DNA of 64,000 nucleotides from an uncultured Gemmatimonadota bacterium (GTDB taxonomy: Bacteria > JAAXHH01), in assembly GCA_951812955.1 (NCBI GenBank), contig OX638340.1, positions 3,648,001-3,712,000 on the forward strand, given 5' to 3'. Under the pieces are notes generated by a model. The model saw only the letters and a program-made list of their open reading frames with translations. It was not told the DNA's origin and made no database searches. Numbering within the stretch: position 1 is the first letter of the stretch; each line of letters opens with the position of its first letter. The position numbers and the translations under genes were made by a program. Positions 46,371 through 56,063 of this stretch are shown one piece after another.

Positions 46371-47165
46371 ATGCGCGTTTTACGAATTCTTATGGCGTCG
46401 ATCGTCCTGTTATGCGGGACCCTGCCGGTTGCGGCATGGGGGCCGAACGGTCACCGCATCGTGGGCCAGATCGCCGAGAACCACCTGACGGACGCGGCCC
46501 GCAGGGGCATCACCGAACTCGTCGGCCGCGCCTCGCTGGCTCAGATCAGTACCTGGGCCGACGAGATCAAGTCCGATCCCGCCTGGCGCCACGCCTCGCC
46601 GTGGCACTACATCAACGTGCCGCCCGGCCAGACGCTTGAAGAGGTGCGCAGAAACCCGCGCGGCGACGTGGTCGAGGCCATCGAACGGTTCGAACGGATC
46701 TTGAGGGACCGCGATGCGGGCAGGAAAGAACGGGTGGACGCGTTGAGATTCCTGGTCCACCTGGTGGGCGACATCCACCAGCCGCTCCACGCCGGATATG
46801 GCAGCGACCGCGGCGGCAACGATATCCGGGTCCGATGGTTCGGCGAGAGCACCGACCTCCACACGGTCTGGGACGAACACCTCGTAGAGTACCAGCGTCT
46901 GAGCTTCACGGAATGGGTCCGATTCTTCGGGCATGCGCAGCCCGGTGAGATCAACGCATGGCGCCGGTCCACCGTAGTGGACTGGATGCGTGAGTCGAGG
47001 AGCATGCTACCGGCCGTGTACGATTACGGCGGATCCCGTTCCGCCAAAACGCCCTACCTGGGCTACGCCTACATCTTCAAACACAACGATGGCTTAAAAA
47101 TGAGGCTGCTGCAGGCCGGCATCCGGCTGAGCGGCCTGCTGAACGACATATTCGCCTCGCCCTGA
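46371..47165 (+). CDS. S1/P1-family zinc-dependent nuclease, secreted
   Basis: Signal peptide, then the mature N-terminal WGPNGHRIV. GDIHQPLH and further His/Asp Zn ligands follow. Confidence 0.8.
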   Translation: MRVLRILMASIVLLCGTLPVAAWGPNGHRIVGQIAENHLTDAARRGITELVGRASLAQISTWADEIKSDPAWRHASPWHYINVPPGQTLEEVRRNPRGDVVEAIERFERILRDRDAGRKERVDALRFLVHLVGDIHQPLHAGYGSDRGGNDIRVRWFGESTDLHTVWDEHLVEYQRLSFTEWVRFFGHAQPGEINAWRRSTVVDWMRESRSMLPAVYDYGGSRSAKTPYLGYAYIFKHNDGLKMRLLQAGIRLSGLLNDIFASP

Positions 47166-47175
47166 TCCCCGCTCG

Positions 47176-48000
47176 TCATCCCCCGAACAGCATAATCGCG
47201 CCCGCTGCCAACACGAGCCCCGTGATGGTTATCTGCAGGGACCGCTCGGGGATCTTCCGGGACATCCGGACGCCCAGCGGAACACCCACCAGGGATCCTG
47301 CAGCCATGGTCACGGCGATGGCGAGGTCCAGCTGGCTGCTGCCGGCGTAAATGATCGAACTCGTGAGGGTCAGCGTCAGCGCGATGAAAATGGATGAGCC
47401 TACCGTGTCCACCGCGGTCAGGTGGAAAATGATGATCATGAGCGGTACGATGAGAATGCCGCTCCCAACCGAGGTGGACGCGATCAGTCCGCCGATGACG
47501 GCGCCGAGCACCGCCACGAGGAAAACCTTCGCGCCCGTGACCCGGTGGGGGATCCGCTGGTCGGACGCCGTGCGGGATCCCGGTCGCATGAACATGTGCC
47601 AGAGGATCAACAGGCCAGAAAGAATGACTACCGCCGCGATGAACTGGCGAAGATTCGTCTGTAATTCGAGCCAGGCCGGGTCGGACTGGTCCATGGCGCC
47701 GGCGTATCCCGTGATCCAGACGGCCACGGCTATGGTCGCCGGCACTGCGCCTACCAGGAAGTAGGCGGATGTGCGGAAACGGATGGTGCCCTGCCTGAAA
47801 TGGAAAAAGACGGCCGGAAGCTTACAGAGGCAGGAATAGAGGTGGGCCGTGCCCACGGCCACCGTGGAAGGCAGGCCGAATCCAAGGGTAAGAACGGGCA
47901 GAATGAGTACTCCGCCGCCGATGCCGGTCATGCCGATGCAGGCGCCGATCAGCGCGCCGGCCACGAGTTGCGCGACTGCTGTCAGGATATCCACGTCCAT
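47176..48000 (-). CDS. TauE/SafE-family sulfite/anion exporter (DUF81)
   Basis: Two 4-TM repeats with Gly-rich GIGGG/VGSG motifs. Confidence 0.8.
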   Translation of the reverse strand: MDVDILTAVAQLVAGALIGACIGMTGIGGGVLILPVLTLGFGLPSTVAVGTAHLYSCLCKLPAVFFHFRQGTIRFRTSAYFLVGAVPATIAVAVWITGYAGAMDQSDPAWLELQTNLRQFIAAVVILSGLLILWHMFMRPGSRTASDQRIPHRVTGAKVFLVAVLGAVIGGLIASTSVGSGILIVPLMIIIFHLTAVDTVGSSIFIALTLTLTSSIIYAGSSQLDLAIAVTMAAGSLVGVPLGVRMSRKIPERSLQITITGLVLAAGAIMLFGG

Positions 48001-48112
48001 AGAATGTGAGACGGCTCCCTATACCTGGACGAAAACCGGCTCCTGACCTCGTACGCGTCCGCCCATTTTTTTCTTGCCACACCCGTCAAAACGATGCAAA
48101 CATGAGCTTGCG

Positions 48113-48772
48113 ATGATACCTACCAAACCATACGCGGCTACGGACCTGGGCATCTTCCGGTTTCTTGATGGCAAATTGCTGGTATACCTGGTCGAGTTGA
48201 AGATCGAACCCTTCGTGGGCCGATATTCACTGCCGGGAACGCTGGTGCTTGAGACCGAAGACCTGGAGGCGGCTGTCCGCCGCGCCTACCGCGAGGCAAC
48301 GGGGCGGGACAGCGCCTACTTCGAGCAGGTTTATACCTTCTCCGCCATCGATCGCGATCCCAAGAGGCGCACGATTTCGACAGCCTACATGGGGTTTCCC
48401 GTCAGCCCGGACGAGTACTTTGTACCCGTGGACAAGTATCGCAAGGGCGATTGGTTCTACGTCAACGATACCCCGTCGCTGGCGTACGATCACAATGAGA
48501 TTCTAAAGGTGTGCACGAACAGGATCGCGGCCAAGCTGAATTACACCAATATCGCACTGCTGCTGCTTCCCGGTGAATTCACCATGGCGGAACTTCAGCG
48601 CGTGTATGAACAGGGGCTTGGCGAAAGGCTGGAAACCCGGAGTTTCAGCGACAAGGTCCGGTCGCTGAAGATGATAGAAGCCACTGGTGGAGAGCGCGAG
48701 GAAGACAATGCCCCTCCGGCTCCCCTCTACCGCGCCGCGCACCGGGACCTGCGGGAAATCCCCTTCATCTGA
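48113..48772 (+). CDS. NrtR-like protein: Nudix-fold domain plus C-terminal winged-helix DNA-binding domain
   Basis: Degenerate Nudix box GTLVLETEDLEAAVRRAYREATG. The C-terminus ..ILKVCTNRIAAKLNYTNIALLLLPGEFTMAELQRVYE.. matches NrtR_C. The ATG is at 48113. Confidence 0.6.
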   Translation: MIPTKPYAATDLGIFRFLDGKLLVYLVELKIEPFVGRYSLPGTLVLETEDLEAAVRRAYREATGRDSAYFEQVYTFSAIDRDPKRRTISTAYMGFPVSPDEYFVPVDKYRKGDWFYVNDTPSLAYDHNEILKVCTNRIAAKLNYTNIALLLLPGEFTMAELQRVYEQGLGERLETRSFSDKVRSLKMIEATGGEREEDNAPPAPLYRAAHRDLREIPFI

Positions 48773-48808
48773 AACGCCGATCAACGCACACCGGGACAAT
48801 GCTTCCGG

Positions 48809-49729
48809 CTACATCATGCGCTTGATGATCCGGTCGGACTGACCCGGGGTGATCCCCAGTTCCCGCCCTGCCATGGAGCCGCCCTCGTCCAGTACAGGCT
48901 CCCGGTCCCCCAGCGTGGGCGTATCCGGCTTCTGAAAGAACAGGCCGGTGTAGATTTCGTCCCCCCAGATCAAGGCTTTTTCGCAGGCCGCCTTCCAGTC
49001 GCCTGGATCATGGCCTTCGTCCTCCAGCTTCTTGACACGCTGCTTGAAGAAGGGGTAGTCGTTGTCCTTGTTGAAGGTAACGCAGGGGCTGAATACGTCG
49101 ATCAGCGCAAAGCCCCTGTGCCGGACGGCCTGTTCGATCAGACCGGTCAGGTGGCGGGCGTCGCCGCTGAAGGCCCGTGCCACGAATGTCGCGCCGTTCA
49201 TGATGGCCGCCGTGATGGGATTGATCGGCGATTCCACGCTGCCGAAGGGTGTGCTCTTGGTCTTCATTTCGATACTGCTGGTTGGCGAGACCTGGCCGGT
49301 GGTCAAACCGTAGATCTGGTTGTCCATGACGATGTAGGTCAGGTCGACATTGCGCCGGGCCGTATGCGTGAAGTGGTTTCCGCCAATCCCATAACCGTCG
49401 CCGTCTCCGCCCGTGACGAACACGGTAAGCTCGTGGTTCGCCATCTGTGCTCCCGTGGCCACGGCCAGGGCACGGCCGTGCAGCGTATGCATTCCATACG
49501 AGTTGAAGAAACCCGGGAAATTGGAGGAACAGCCGATCCCGCTGATCGTGAGAATCTCGTGGGGCCGGAGTCCGAGGTTTACGCAGGCCCGCTGCAGACT
49601 GCTCAGCACGCCGAAATCGCCGCAACCGGGACACCAGTCCGGATCCACCTTGCCCTTGAAGTCCTTCGCCTTCAACGGTGTCGCCGGTTTTTCTTCCACT
49701 GCTTCGCGTGGTACAGTTTCCACTGACAT
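48809..49729 (-). CDS. korB: 2-oxoacid:ferredoxin oxidoreductase beta subunit (TPP-binding, KorB-type)
   Basis: CPGCGDFG and TPP-binding GDGDGYGIGGNH blocks. Confidence 0.85.
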   Translation of the reverse strand: MSVETVPREAVEEKPATPLKAKDFKGKVDPDWCPGCGDFGVLSSLQRACVNLGLRPHEILTISGIGCSSNFPGFFNSYGMHTLHGRALAVATGAQMANHELTVFVTGGDGDGYGIGGNHFTHTARRNVDLTYIVMDNQIYGLTTGQVSPTSSIEMKTKSTPFGSVESPINPITAAIMNGATFVARAFSGDARHLTGLIEQAVRHRGFALIDVFSPCVTFNKDNDYPFFKQRVKKLEDEGHDPGDWKAACEKALIWGDEIYTGLFFQKPDTPTLGDREPVLDEGGSMAGRELGITPGQSDRIIKRMM

Positions 49730-49741
49730 GTTGGGAACTCC

Positions 49742-51622
49742 TTAGACGATGACTTCCTGATAGGGCACGAATATGTCCGTCTGACCGGCCAGCAGTTCCT
49801 TGACGCCGTCCACGATATGATGGGGCATGAACGGTTCGCCGTCGTACTTCCGGATGTGTCCTTCGGCCGTCAACCCGGTCTCGCCGCGCAGATAGCGATG
49901 GAACTGGCCGGAATGGTTGTTTTCCACGATCACCGTGCGCTTCGCGCTGGCAAACACTTCCGCTATGGCCTCCGCATGAAGCGGGACGATCCACTTGACC
50001 GGCAGATGGTTTACGGCGATGCCGTCACGGTTGAGAATTTCCACCGCTTCCCTGATCACGCCGTGGGTCGAACCCCAGCCGATGAGCGTGATTTCGGCGT
50101 CGGCGGCATCGGCGCCTGAAAGCGTGGGCGGTTCAATGCGCCTCGCGACATCCTTGAACTTGCGGGCCCGCTTTTCCACCATCTTGCGTCGCTTGTGGGG
50201 ATTGGTGAACTCATCGCTGACCAGGACACCGTCTTCATCGTGCTCGTCCGTGGCCACAACGTGGGCATATCCCTCCACGCCCGGGAGCGCGCGGGGAGAA
50301 ATGCCGCTATCGGTGTTTTCGTACCGCAGGTAACCGTTGCTCGGTGCGCCGATGAGCCCGTGCCCGTTGGCCTCCTGCGATCCCGTTGGTATGTCGCTCA
50401 CGCCGTTCCTGGATTCGGTGATCAGTTCGCCCCGGTCAATTTCAGGCTGCATATCGATGGCCTCTGGGTCGACGCTGAAGGTGCCTTCGGAGATCAGCAG
50501 ATCCGAGATCACGATGCCCGGGCACTGGAAGTGGTCCACCAGGTTAAACAGTTCGGGCATCGTATTGAAGGCGTCAAGCGCATCGGTCGGCGCCACGATG
50601 AAGCGCTCGAAATCTCCCTGGCTCGCGCCCAGAATCTGCCAAAGGTCGCCCTGCTCCGTCTTGGTGGGCACGCCCGTGGACGGTCCGGCGCGCTGCACGT
50701 CGATGAAGACGACCGGTATTTCCAACATCGCCGCGCTGCCCACCGCCTCGGTCATCAGGGCGAATCCGCCGCCCGACGTCGCGCACATGGACCGGCAGCC
50801 CACGTGAGCCGCGCCGATCGCCATGTTGGCCACGCCGATCTCGTCTTCGACCTGACGTACCATGATACCCAGTTCCCGGGCGTTCTGCGCCATCCAGTGG
50901 AGGACGCCGGTGGATGGACTCATGGGATAGGCACAGTAGAACTTGACCCCGGCGGACGCGCCGCCCATGGCCAGCGCATCGTTGCCCGTCCATACCGCCA
51001 GCGGCTTTCCGCCGGAGGGAACGGCAAGATTGAAATGTTCGAAATGCTCTGCGGCGTAGTCGAATCCCGCGCGTGCCACGCCCACGTTCTCGTCGACGAC
51101 TTCCTGGCCCTTGCGCTGAAACTGCATGGTGATGATCTCTTCCAGGATCTGGAAGTCCATGCCGAGCAGGTTGAGGATCGTTCCGAGGGCGACGGTGTTC
51201 TGCACCAGCTTGTTCCGGTTGTTGTCGGTCAGTTCGCCGATGGGAAGCGGACACAGATGCACGCCGTCTCCCGGGCTGCCCGGCGTAATGGTGTCGCCAT
51301 TGTATATGACCCGCGTGCCGGGACCCATGAGCCCCAGGTGCCGGTCCATCGTATCCTGGTTCAGGCAGACCAGCAGGTCGAGTTTGTCGCCATGGTTATG
51401 AACCGGCCGATCACTGATCCTCATCGTGAGGAAAATATGACCGCCCCGGATGATCGACTGGTAGGCATTGTAGGCGTTGAGATGCAGTCCGCGTCGGATG
51501 AAAATCCGGGCGAGCACGTTGCCCGGCGTGGCGATTCCCTGGCCTGCCGCACCGCCTATGGCAATGGCAAAGTCGAATCTTTCTGAACTCATCGGTTGCT
51601 CCTGTCTGTACATCAAGGACAA
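49742..51622 (-). CDS. korA: 2-oxoacid:ferredoxin oxidoreductase alpha subunit with fused N-terminal gamma domain (KorA-type)
   Basis: 626 aa. N-terminal gamma-domain blocks (..IGGAAGQGI..) are followed by the alpha-subunit core. Located immediately upstream of korB on the same strand. Confidence 0.85.
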   Translation of the reverse strand: MSLMYRQEQPMSSERFDFAIAIGGAAGQGIATPGNVLARIFIRRGLHLNAYNAYQSIIRGGHIFLTMRISDRPVHNHGDKLDLLVCLNQDTMDRHLGLMGPGTRVIYNGDTITPGSPGDGVHLCPLPIGELTDNNRNKLVQNTVALGTILNLLGMDFQILEEIITMQFQRKGQEVVDENVGVARAGFDYAAEHFEHFNLAVPSGGKPLAVWTGNDALAMGGASAGVKFYCAYPMSPSTGVLHWMAQNARELGIMVRQVEDEIGVANMAIGAAHVGCRSMCATSGGGFALMTEAVGSAAMLEIPVVFIDVQRAGPSTGVPTKTEQGDLWQILGASQGDFERFIVAPTDALDAFNTMPELFNLVDHFQCPGIVISDLLISEGTFSVDPEAIDMQPEIDRGELITESRNGVSDIPTGSQEANGHGLIGAPSNGYLRYENTDSGISPRALPGVEGYAHVVATDEHDEDGVLVSDEFTNPHKRRKMVEKRARKFKDVARRIEPPTLSGADAADAEITLIGWGSTHGVIREAVEILNRDGIAVNHLPVKWIVPLHAEAIAEVFASAKRTVIVENNHSGQFHRYLRGETGLTAEGHIRKYDGEPFMPHHIVDGVKELLAGQTDIFVPYQEVIV

Positions 51623-51994
51623 GCTGATCTGCCGACGTACGCACGAGTTGTTATTTAGGTATCACGAACGAATAGCGGGAACCAACAAGATACACACTGC
51701 CCTGTGGAGTGTCAACCATTCCTTATGTTTCTTGGGTACAGGCTGCTCCATGGCCCATCGGGTGCCTGCAGCAGGCCATTTTTTGTCGGCGACAGGTAAC
51801 CAGAAAAAACCTAAGCCGCGCTCATGCCCAGGCGTTATTCTACCTTGACACCGGCAGGAATACACCGCTTTATTTTTGATCGAAATCCACCCGTTCATCC
51901 CGAACGGGACCCTGCGCAAATCGGAGTTCGGCCGCGCCCTGCGCATTGCCTCGAACACGAACAACGCGTAAAACAAGTATATCGGGATAGGAAA

Positions 51995-52768
51995 ATGAAC
52001 GGCGCCGAAATCGTACGTCGGTACGAAGAAGATGGTTACGTCGTCGTGCCCGGGGTCATCGACAGCGAGCTGACCGCCGAGGCGCAGGGACATATCGAGT
52101 GGATGGGAGAGAAACACCCCGATGTCCGCCCCGAACAGTACCATCACCACCTGATCGTGGACGATCCGTTCTGGATACGACTTTGCACCGACCCTCGGCT
52201 CATCGACGTCATCGAACCGTTCCTGGGTCCCGATATCGCGCTCTTCGCGGCGCACTACATCAGCAAGCCGCCCCGGGACGGGCAGCCCGTACTCTGGCAC
52301 CAGGACGGGAACTACTGGCCGCTGGAGCCCATGGAGGTCATCACGATCTGGCTGGCCGTGGACGATTCGAACCCGGAAAACGGATGCATGCGGGTCGTCC
52401 CCGGCAGCCACCGGGACCAGAACCTGTTCAAACACCGTGCTTCGGACGGGGAAAACGTGTTGCGTTCGGAACTCGATCTGAAGGTGGATGAATCCACTGC
52501 GGCGGACGTCGTCGTGCCGGCGGGCGGCGTTTCGCTGCACGATCCCTACCTGATTCACGGCTCTGAGGCCAACCGGTCCGACCGTCGGCGATGCGGGTTG
52601 ACCCTCCGGTATATCCCCACGACCACGCGTATAAAGCGCGAGAACTTCCCGGCCTACCTTTGCCGCGGCAGGGCGGTGGAGGGCATCAACCACTATCCCC
52701 CGCTTCCCCGCTTCCGTGCCGGCGAACACTATCCCTTTAACGGGTGTGACCGGCCGCCGTGGAACTGA
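51995..52768 (+). CDS. PhyH family Fe(II)/2OG-dependent oxygenase
   Basis: WHQDGNYWPL and IWLAVDDSNPENGCMRVVPGSHRD motifs. The ATG at 51995 has AGGAAA upstream. Confidence 0.8.
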   Translation: MNGAEIVRRYEEDGYVVVPGVIDSELTAEAQGHIEWMGEKHPDVRPEQYHHHLIVDDPFWIRLCTDPRLIDVIEPFLGPDIALFAAHYISKPPRDGQPVLWHQDGNYWPLEPMEVITIWLAVDDSNPENGCMRVVPGSHRDQNLFKHRASDGENVLRSELDLKVDESTAADVVVPAGGVSLHDPYLIHGSEANRSDRRRCGLTLRYIPTTTRIKRENFPAYLCRGRAVEGINHYPPLPRFRAGEHYPFNGCDRPPWN

Positions 52769-52780
52769 CCGGACCTTCGC

Positions 52781-54139
52781 TCAGATTATCCCCATATCCT
52801 TCAATTCCTGCCTGACCGCGTACATGGCGCCTTCGGATGCCAGGACCCATAGACGGTCCCCTGGAGTCAGCCTGCGCATGATGTCGTGAAACACGTCGCT
52901 GACATCCGCTGCCGCGGCCATTTCTTCCGCGTCCATCTGCTCGTCCATCAAGGCCAGGTGCGCCCCGCCCGCGCCGGCCACGTGCACGGACCTCGACCGG
53001 TCCGCCATCCCATCCAGATCGTCGTCAGAGATCCACGGTCCGTTTCGTCCGTCACGTACGGCCTCGTCAAGCAGAAACAGGTAGTGGCCCCGCCGCCGGT
53101 CAAGCAGGCAGGTCCTGAGCGCTTCATGGAGCGAAGTCCTGTTCTTGATCGTCAAAAGGCGTGCTTCCCGCTCATGGATCACCACCCGCTCGTCCCGCCC
53201 TCCGATGGACGTTACGGACTCGAGACCCTTGCGTATCGACACGGGACTCAGGCCGAGCGTGATCGCGGCGGCCGCCGCGGCCGCCGCGTTGTACACGTTG
53301 TGGAGCCCGGTTAACCGAAAGCGCACGTCCAGGGGACCCCGAGGGGTGATGAGCCGGAAGTTCGATTCTTCCGATCCCAGGTCCACGTCGATCGCGTAGA
53401 CCGTGGGCAACGGCCTTTCCCAACCGCAGCCTTCGCACGCGTAGTCGCCCAGATGGGCGAGACAGGTGATTCGGTAGGTCAGGGGAACGCCGCAACGATG
53501 GCATGGCACCTCCGGAATGGACGAATCCGCCAATTGCAGGCGCTCATCCTCCACACCGAAGTAGGTCAGCCGGGGCGGCACGCCGCGCGTGAATCCGCCG
53601 CAGAGGACCGGATCGTCTGCGTTTACGAGGATGTTCTGTCCGGCGGTCATGGTGCCGAACCAGTTGCACCATTCCCCAGCCAGGGCAATAGCGTCGACCC
53701 CCTGGCTCAGTTCATCGTCGTACAGATTGTTCAGTACGAGCGTGCGGGGACCGCATACCCTGATCGCCCTGCCAAGTATGCCGGTTTCGAAACCGAATAC
53801 GCCGTAGTCCGCATGGATTTTGCCACGCCGGTCGGTCGCCCGGACCAGGGTTGAGACGACCTCGTCGACGGAAGGCGCGATGTCTTCAGGGTAAAGCGTG
53901 CGTGCGTCGGCCTGCCGGAGAATCGCGGCCAGGATCCTGCAGGTCGTGTGCTTGCCGTTTGTCCCGGTAACTCCGACGACGCCTTGCTGGAACTGACGCA
54001 CCAGTGATCGGGCCAGACGCGGCCAGGCAGCGGCGGTGAGGGTGCCCGGCGGGATGCGTCCGCGGGAGAAATCAAACAAATCGGCCGCCTTCGCGACGGA
54101 CTTGTCAATCGAAAGGGCGGCCGATTGGAGTATACGCAT
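52781..54139 (-). CDS. MurT-like Mur-ligase-family protein (central Mur ligase domain, Cys4 zinc ribbon, C-terminal DUF1727-like region)
   Basis: The P-loop is GVTGTNGKHTT. The ribbon is CHRCG..(9)..C..(7)..CEGC. No gatD-like amidotransferase is encoded next to it. Confidence 0.6.
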   Translation of the reverse strand: MRILQSAALSIDKSVAKAADLFDFSRGRIPPGTLTAAAWPRLARSLVRQFQQGVVGVTGTNGKHTTCRILAAILRQADARTLYPEDIAPSVDEVVSTLVRATDRRGKIHADYGVFGFETGILGRAIRVCGPRTLVLNNLYDDELSQGVDAIALAGEWCNWFGTMTAGQNILVNADDPVLCGGFTRGVPPRLTYFGVEDERLQLADSSIPEVPCHRCGVPLTYRITCLAHLGDYACEGCGWERPLPTVYAIDVDLGSEESNFRLITPRGPLDVRFRLTGLHNVYNAAAAAAAAITLGLSPVSIRKGLESVTSIGGRDERVVIHEREARLLTIKNRTSLHEALRTCLLDRRRGHYLFLLDEAVRDGRNGPWISDDDLDGMADRSRSVHVAGAGGAHLALMDEQMDAEEMAAAADVSDVFHDIMRRLTPGDRLWVLASEGAMYAVRQELKDMGII

Positions 54140-54174
54140 AGGAGGTTGATCAATGCCGGGGAATCAACCCTTGG

Positions 54175-54582
54175 TCATATCTTTACGCCGCGCCATTCGT
54201 CCCTGTCACCGGAAATATCGACAATGTTTCCGTCGGGATCGATGGCCTTGAAAGCGATCTCCGGCGGGGTATCGGAGGAGATGGCGTCGCGGCCCTTAAC
54301 GGTCTTCGGCGCTTCCGCTCCCCAGTTCCGGACCCTGTGCCAGGCGGCGTGGAGATCGTCAACCAGCACGCCGAAATGAATGTACTCCTCGCCTTCCTCT
54401 AGCGTCGGCCGCGACGGATCGTCATGGGGCAATAGCGTGATATTTGCGGTTCCGTCACTGAGATCGACCGCTTCGCCGTTTCCCCGCCGGCCGATGAAGT
54501 CAAAACCGATGACTTCCTCGTAGAAACGCCGCGAGACCGCCACGTCCCGGCACCGAAGTGCCAGGTGACGCAGAAAAGCCAT
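54175..54582 (-). CDS. VOC-family (glyoxalase/bleomycin-resistance/extradiol dioxygenase fold) protein
   Basis: 135 aa; ..HLALRCRDVAVSRRFYEEVIGF.. and a paired beta-alpha-beta-beta-beta module. Confidence 0.75.
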   Translation of the reverse strand: MAFLRHLALRCRDVAVSRRFYEEVIGFDFIGRRGNGEAVDLSDGTANITLLPHDDPSRPTLEEGEEYIHFGVLVDDLHAAWHRVRNWGAEAPKTVKGRDAISSDTPPEIAFKAIDPDGNIVDISGDRDEWRGVKI

Positions 54583-54638
54583 ATCGTGATCCTCCGGATG
54601 CTACCGCCTATTGCCCGTAAAGCGGGAAACCGCCTGGC

Positions 54639-56063
54639 TTAGAGCCGCTTCTCTTTGGCTATTTCCTCGATGGCGCCGATGAACTGGTCGGTCTGGGCAT
54701 CGGTCACCATGACGTGCATCGACGTCCGGTTGGCGTCCCAGTTGATCTCGTCGTGGGTGACGTTCCGGATGTAAATACGGTGGCGTTCCCACAGTGTGTT
54801 GTTCAGGTCTCGGGTACTCACGCCACTGACCTTGAACGATACCAGCGCGGCACTCATGCGCGGGTCCGGCGAACTGTAGACGTCGACACCGTCCATGTTG
54901 CGCAGGGCGTTGGCTACCCGTGTGGCCTGGTGGCGGTTCCGGCTTTCGATGGCCGCCGGACCGATCATGTTGTGGAAGTCCAACGCGGCGTCGATGGCGA
55001 CGCGCGCCGGGGCGTTCGAGGAACCCCGCAACTCGAACTTGGCAGCTCCCGCCAGGTATTCGTCGTAGTACACCTTGGCGAAGCCCGTGGGTTCCAGACC
55101 GTACATGGTGAGTCCGTTCACGGGGCCGGAATACAGGGTCGGCCACACACGGTCCACGATGTCCTCTTTCACGTAGAAGAAACCGGTGTACATGGAGGCC
55201 ATCATCCACTTGTGACACGGACCCGCGTACATGTCGCAACTCAGGTCGTGCATGTCGAGGTCGAGCATGCCCGGCGGTTGCGCCCCGTCTACCAGGGTCA
55301 GGATGCCCTTGGACCGGGCCATCTCACAGATTTCCTTCACGGGAAGGACCAGGCCGTCGCCGTAATTGACATGGCAGAAGCTGAGCAGCTTCGTCCGCGG
55401 CGTGATGGCGGCCTCGAAGGCCTTCAGCAGCATATCGGGATTGTCGGGCGGATGGAAATCCGGGGAGGACAGGTCGATCATCACGGTCTTCGTCCCCTGC
55501 CGTGCCGCCCGGAGATTGATAGGCTGAACTCCGCTGGAGTGATCGTGGTTGGTCGTCACGATCTCGTCGCCCGGTTCCATGTCGATACCGAATGTGCCGA
55601 AGTTCATGCCCTCGGTCGTATTGTTTGTGAAGGCGACCTCGTTCGACTTGCAGCCGATGTACTTCGCCATCTTATTGCGCATATTCGTCCGGAAGTCGCT
55701 GTTGTAGACGTAACTGGTGTAGCTCTTGTAGTTCGAGTTCGCGCCTTCCATCGCGGCGACCTGCGCCCTGTGCACCGGACCGGGGGACGGTCCGCGCGTA
55801 CCGGTGTTCATGTAGGACACGCCATCGCGGATGATGAACTGGTCGGCCACCCAGTTCCAGTACGCCACGTCATCGGGTTCCGGAAGATGGTCTTCGGGTA
55901 TAGGCGGCTTGGCCCCGGCTTTTCCGGCCATGGACAGCAATGCGGTTCCCGCGGCGAGCCCTCCAGCGATTCGACCGATGAAACCTCGCCGGGACAGTGC
56001 TTTCAGCTTTTCCGAATCTTCGTATTTCGGGTCGAAATTTAAACCGGTCTCTTCCGTAATCAT
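54639..56063 (-). CDS. Class V PLP aminotransferase-fold enzyme (cysteine-desulfurase / isopenicillin-N-epimerase-like) with Tat signal peptide
   Basis: Tat motif LSRRGFIGRIAGGLAAGTALLSMAGKAGA. Class V blocks follow, with the PLP-Lys in ..YAGPCHKWMM... I trimmed the start to the ATG at 56063, which has GGGAGA upstream. Confidence 0.75.
   Translation of the reverse strand: MITEETGLNFDPKYEDSEKLKALSRRGFIGRIAGGLAAGTALLSMAGKAGAKPPIPEDHLPEPDDVAYWNWVADQFIIRDGVSYMNTGTRGPSPGPVHRAQVAAMEGANSNYKSYTSYVYNSDFRTNMRNKMAKYIGCKSNEVAFTNNTTEGMNFGTFGIDMEPGDEIVTTNHDHSSGVQPINLRAARQGTKTVMIDLSSPDFHPPDNPDMLLKAFEAAITPRTKLLSFCHVNYGDGLVLPVKEICEMARSKGILTLVDGAQPPGMLDLDMHDLSCDMYAGPCHKWMMASMYTGFFYVKEDIVDRVWPTLYSGPVNGLTMYGLEPTGFAKVYYDEYLAGAAKFELRGSSNAPARVAIDAALDFHNMIGPAAIESRNRHQATRVANALRNMDGVDVYSSPDPRMSAALVSFKVSGVSTRDLNNTLWERHRIYIRNVTHDEINWDANRTSMHVMVTDAQTDQFIGAIEEIAKEKRL

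Noticed and set aside
51662-52729. ORF 51662..52729 (-) 355 aa overlapping the PhyH gene at 51995-52768
   Set aside because: It lies antisense to a PhyH paralog that has all facial-triad motifs. It has no homology signature.
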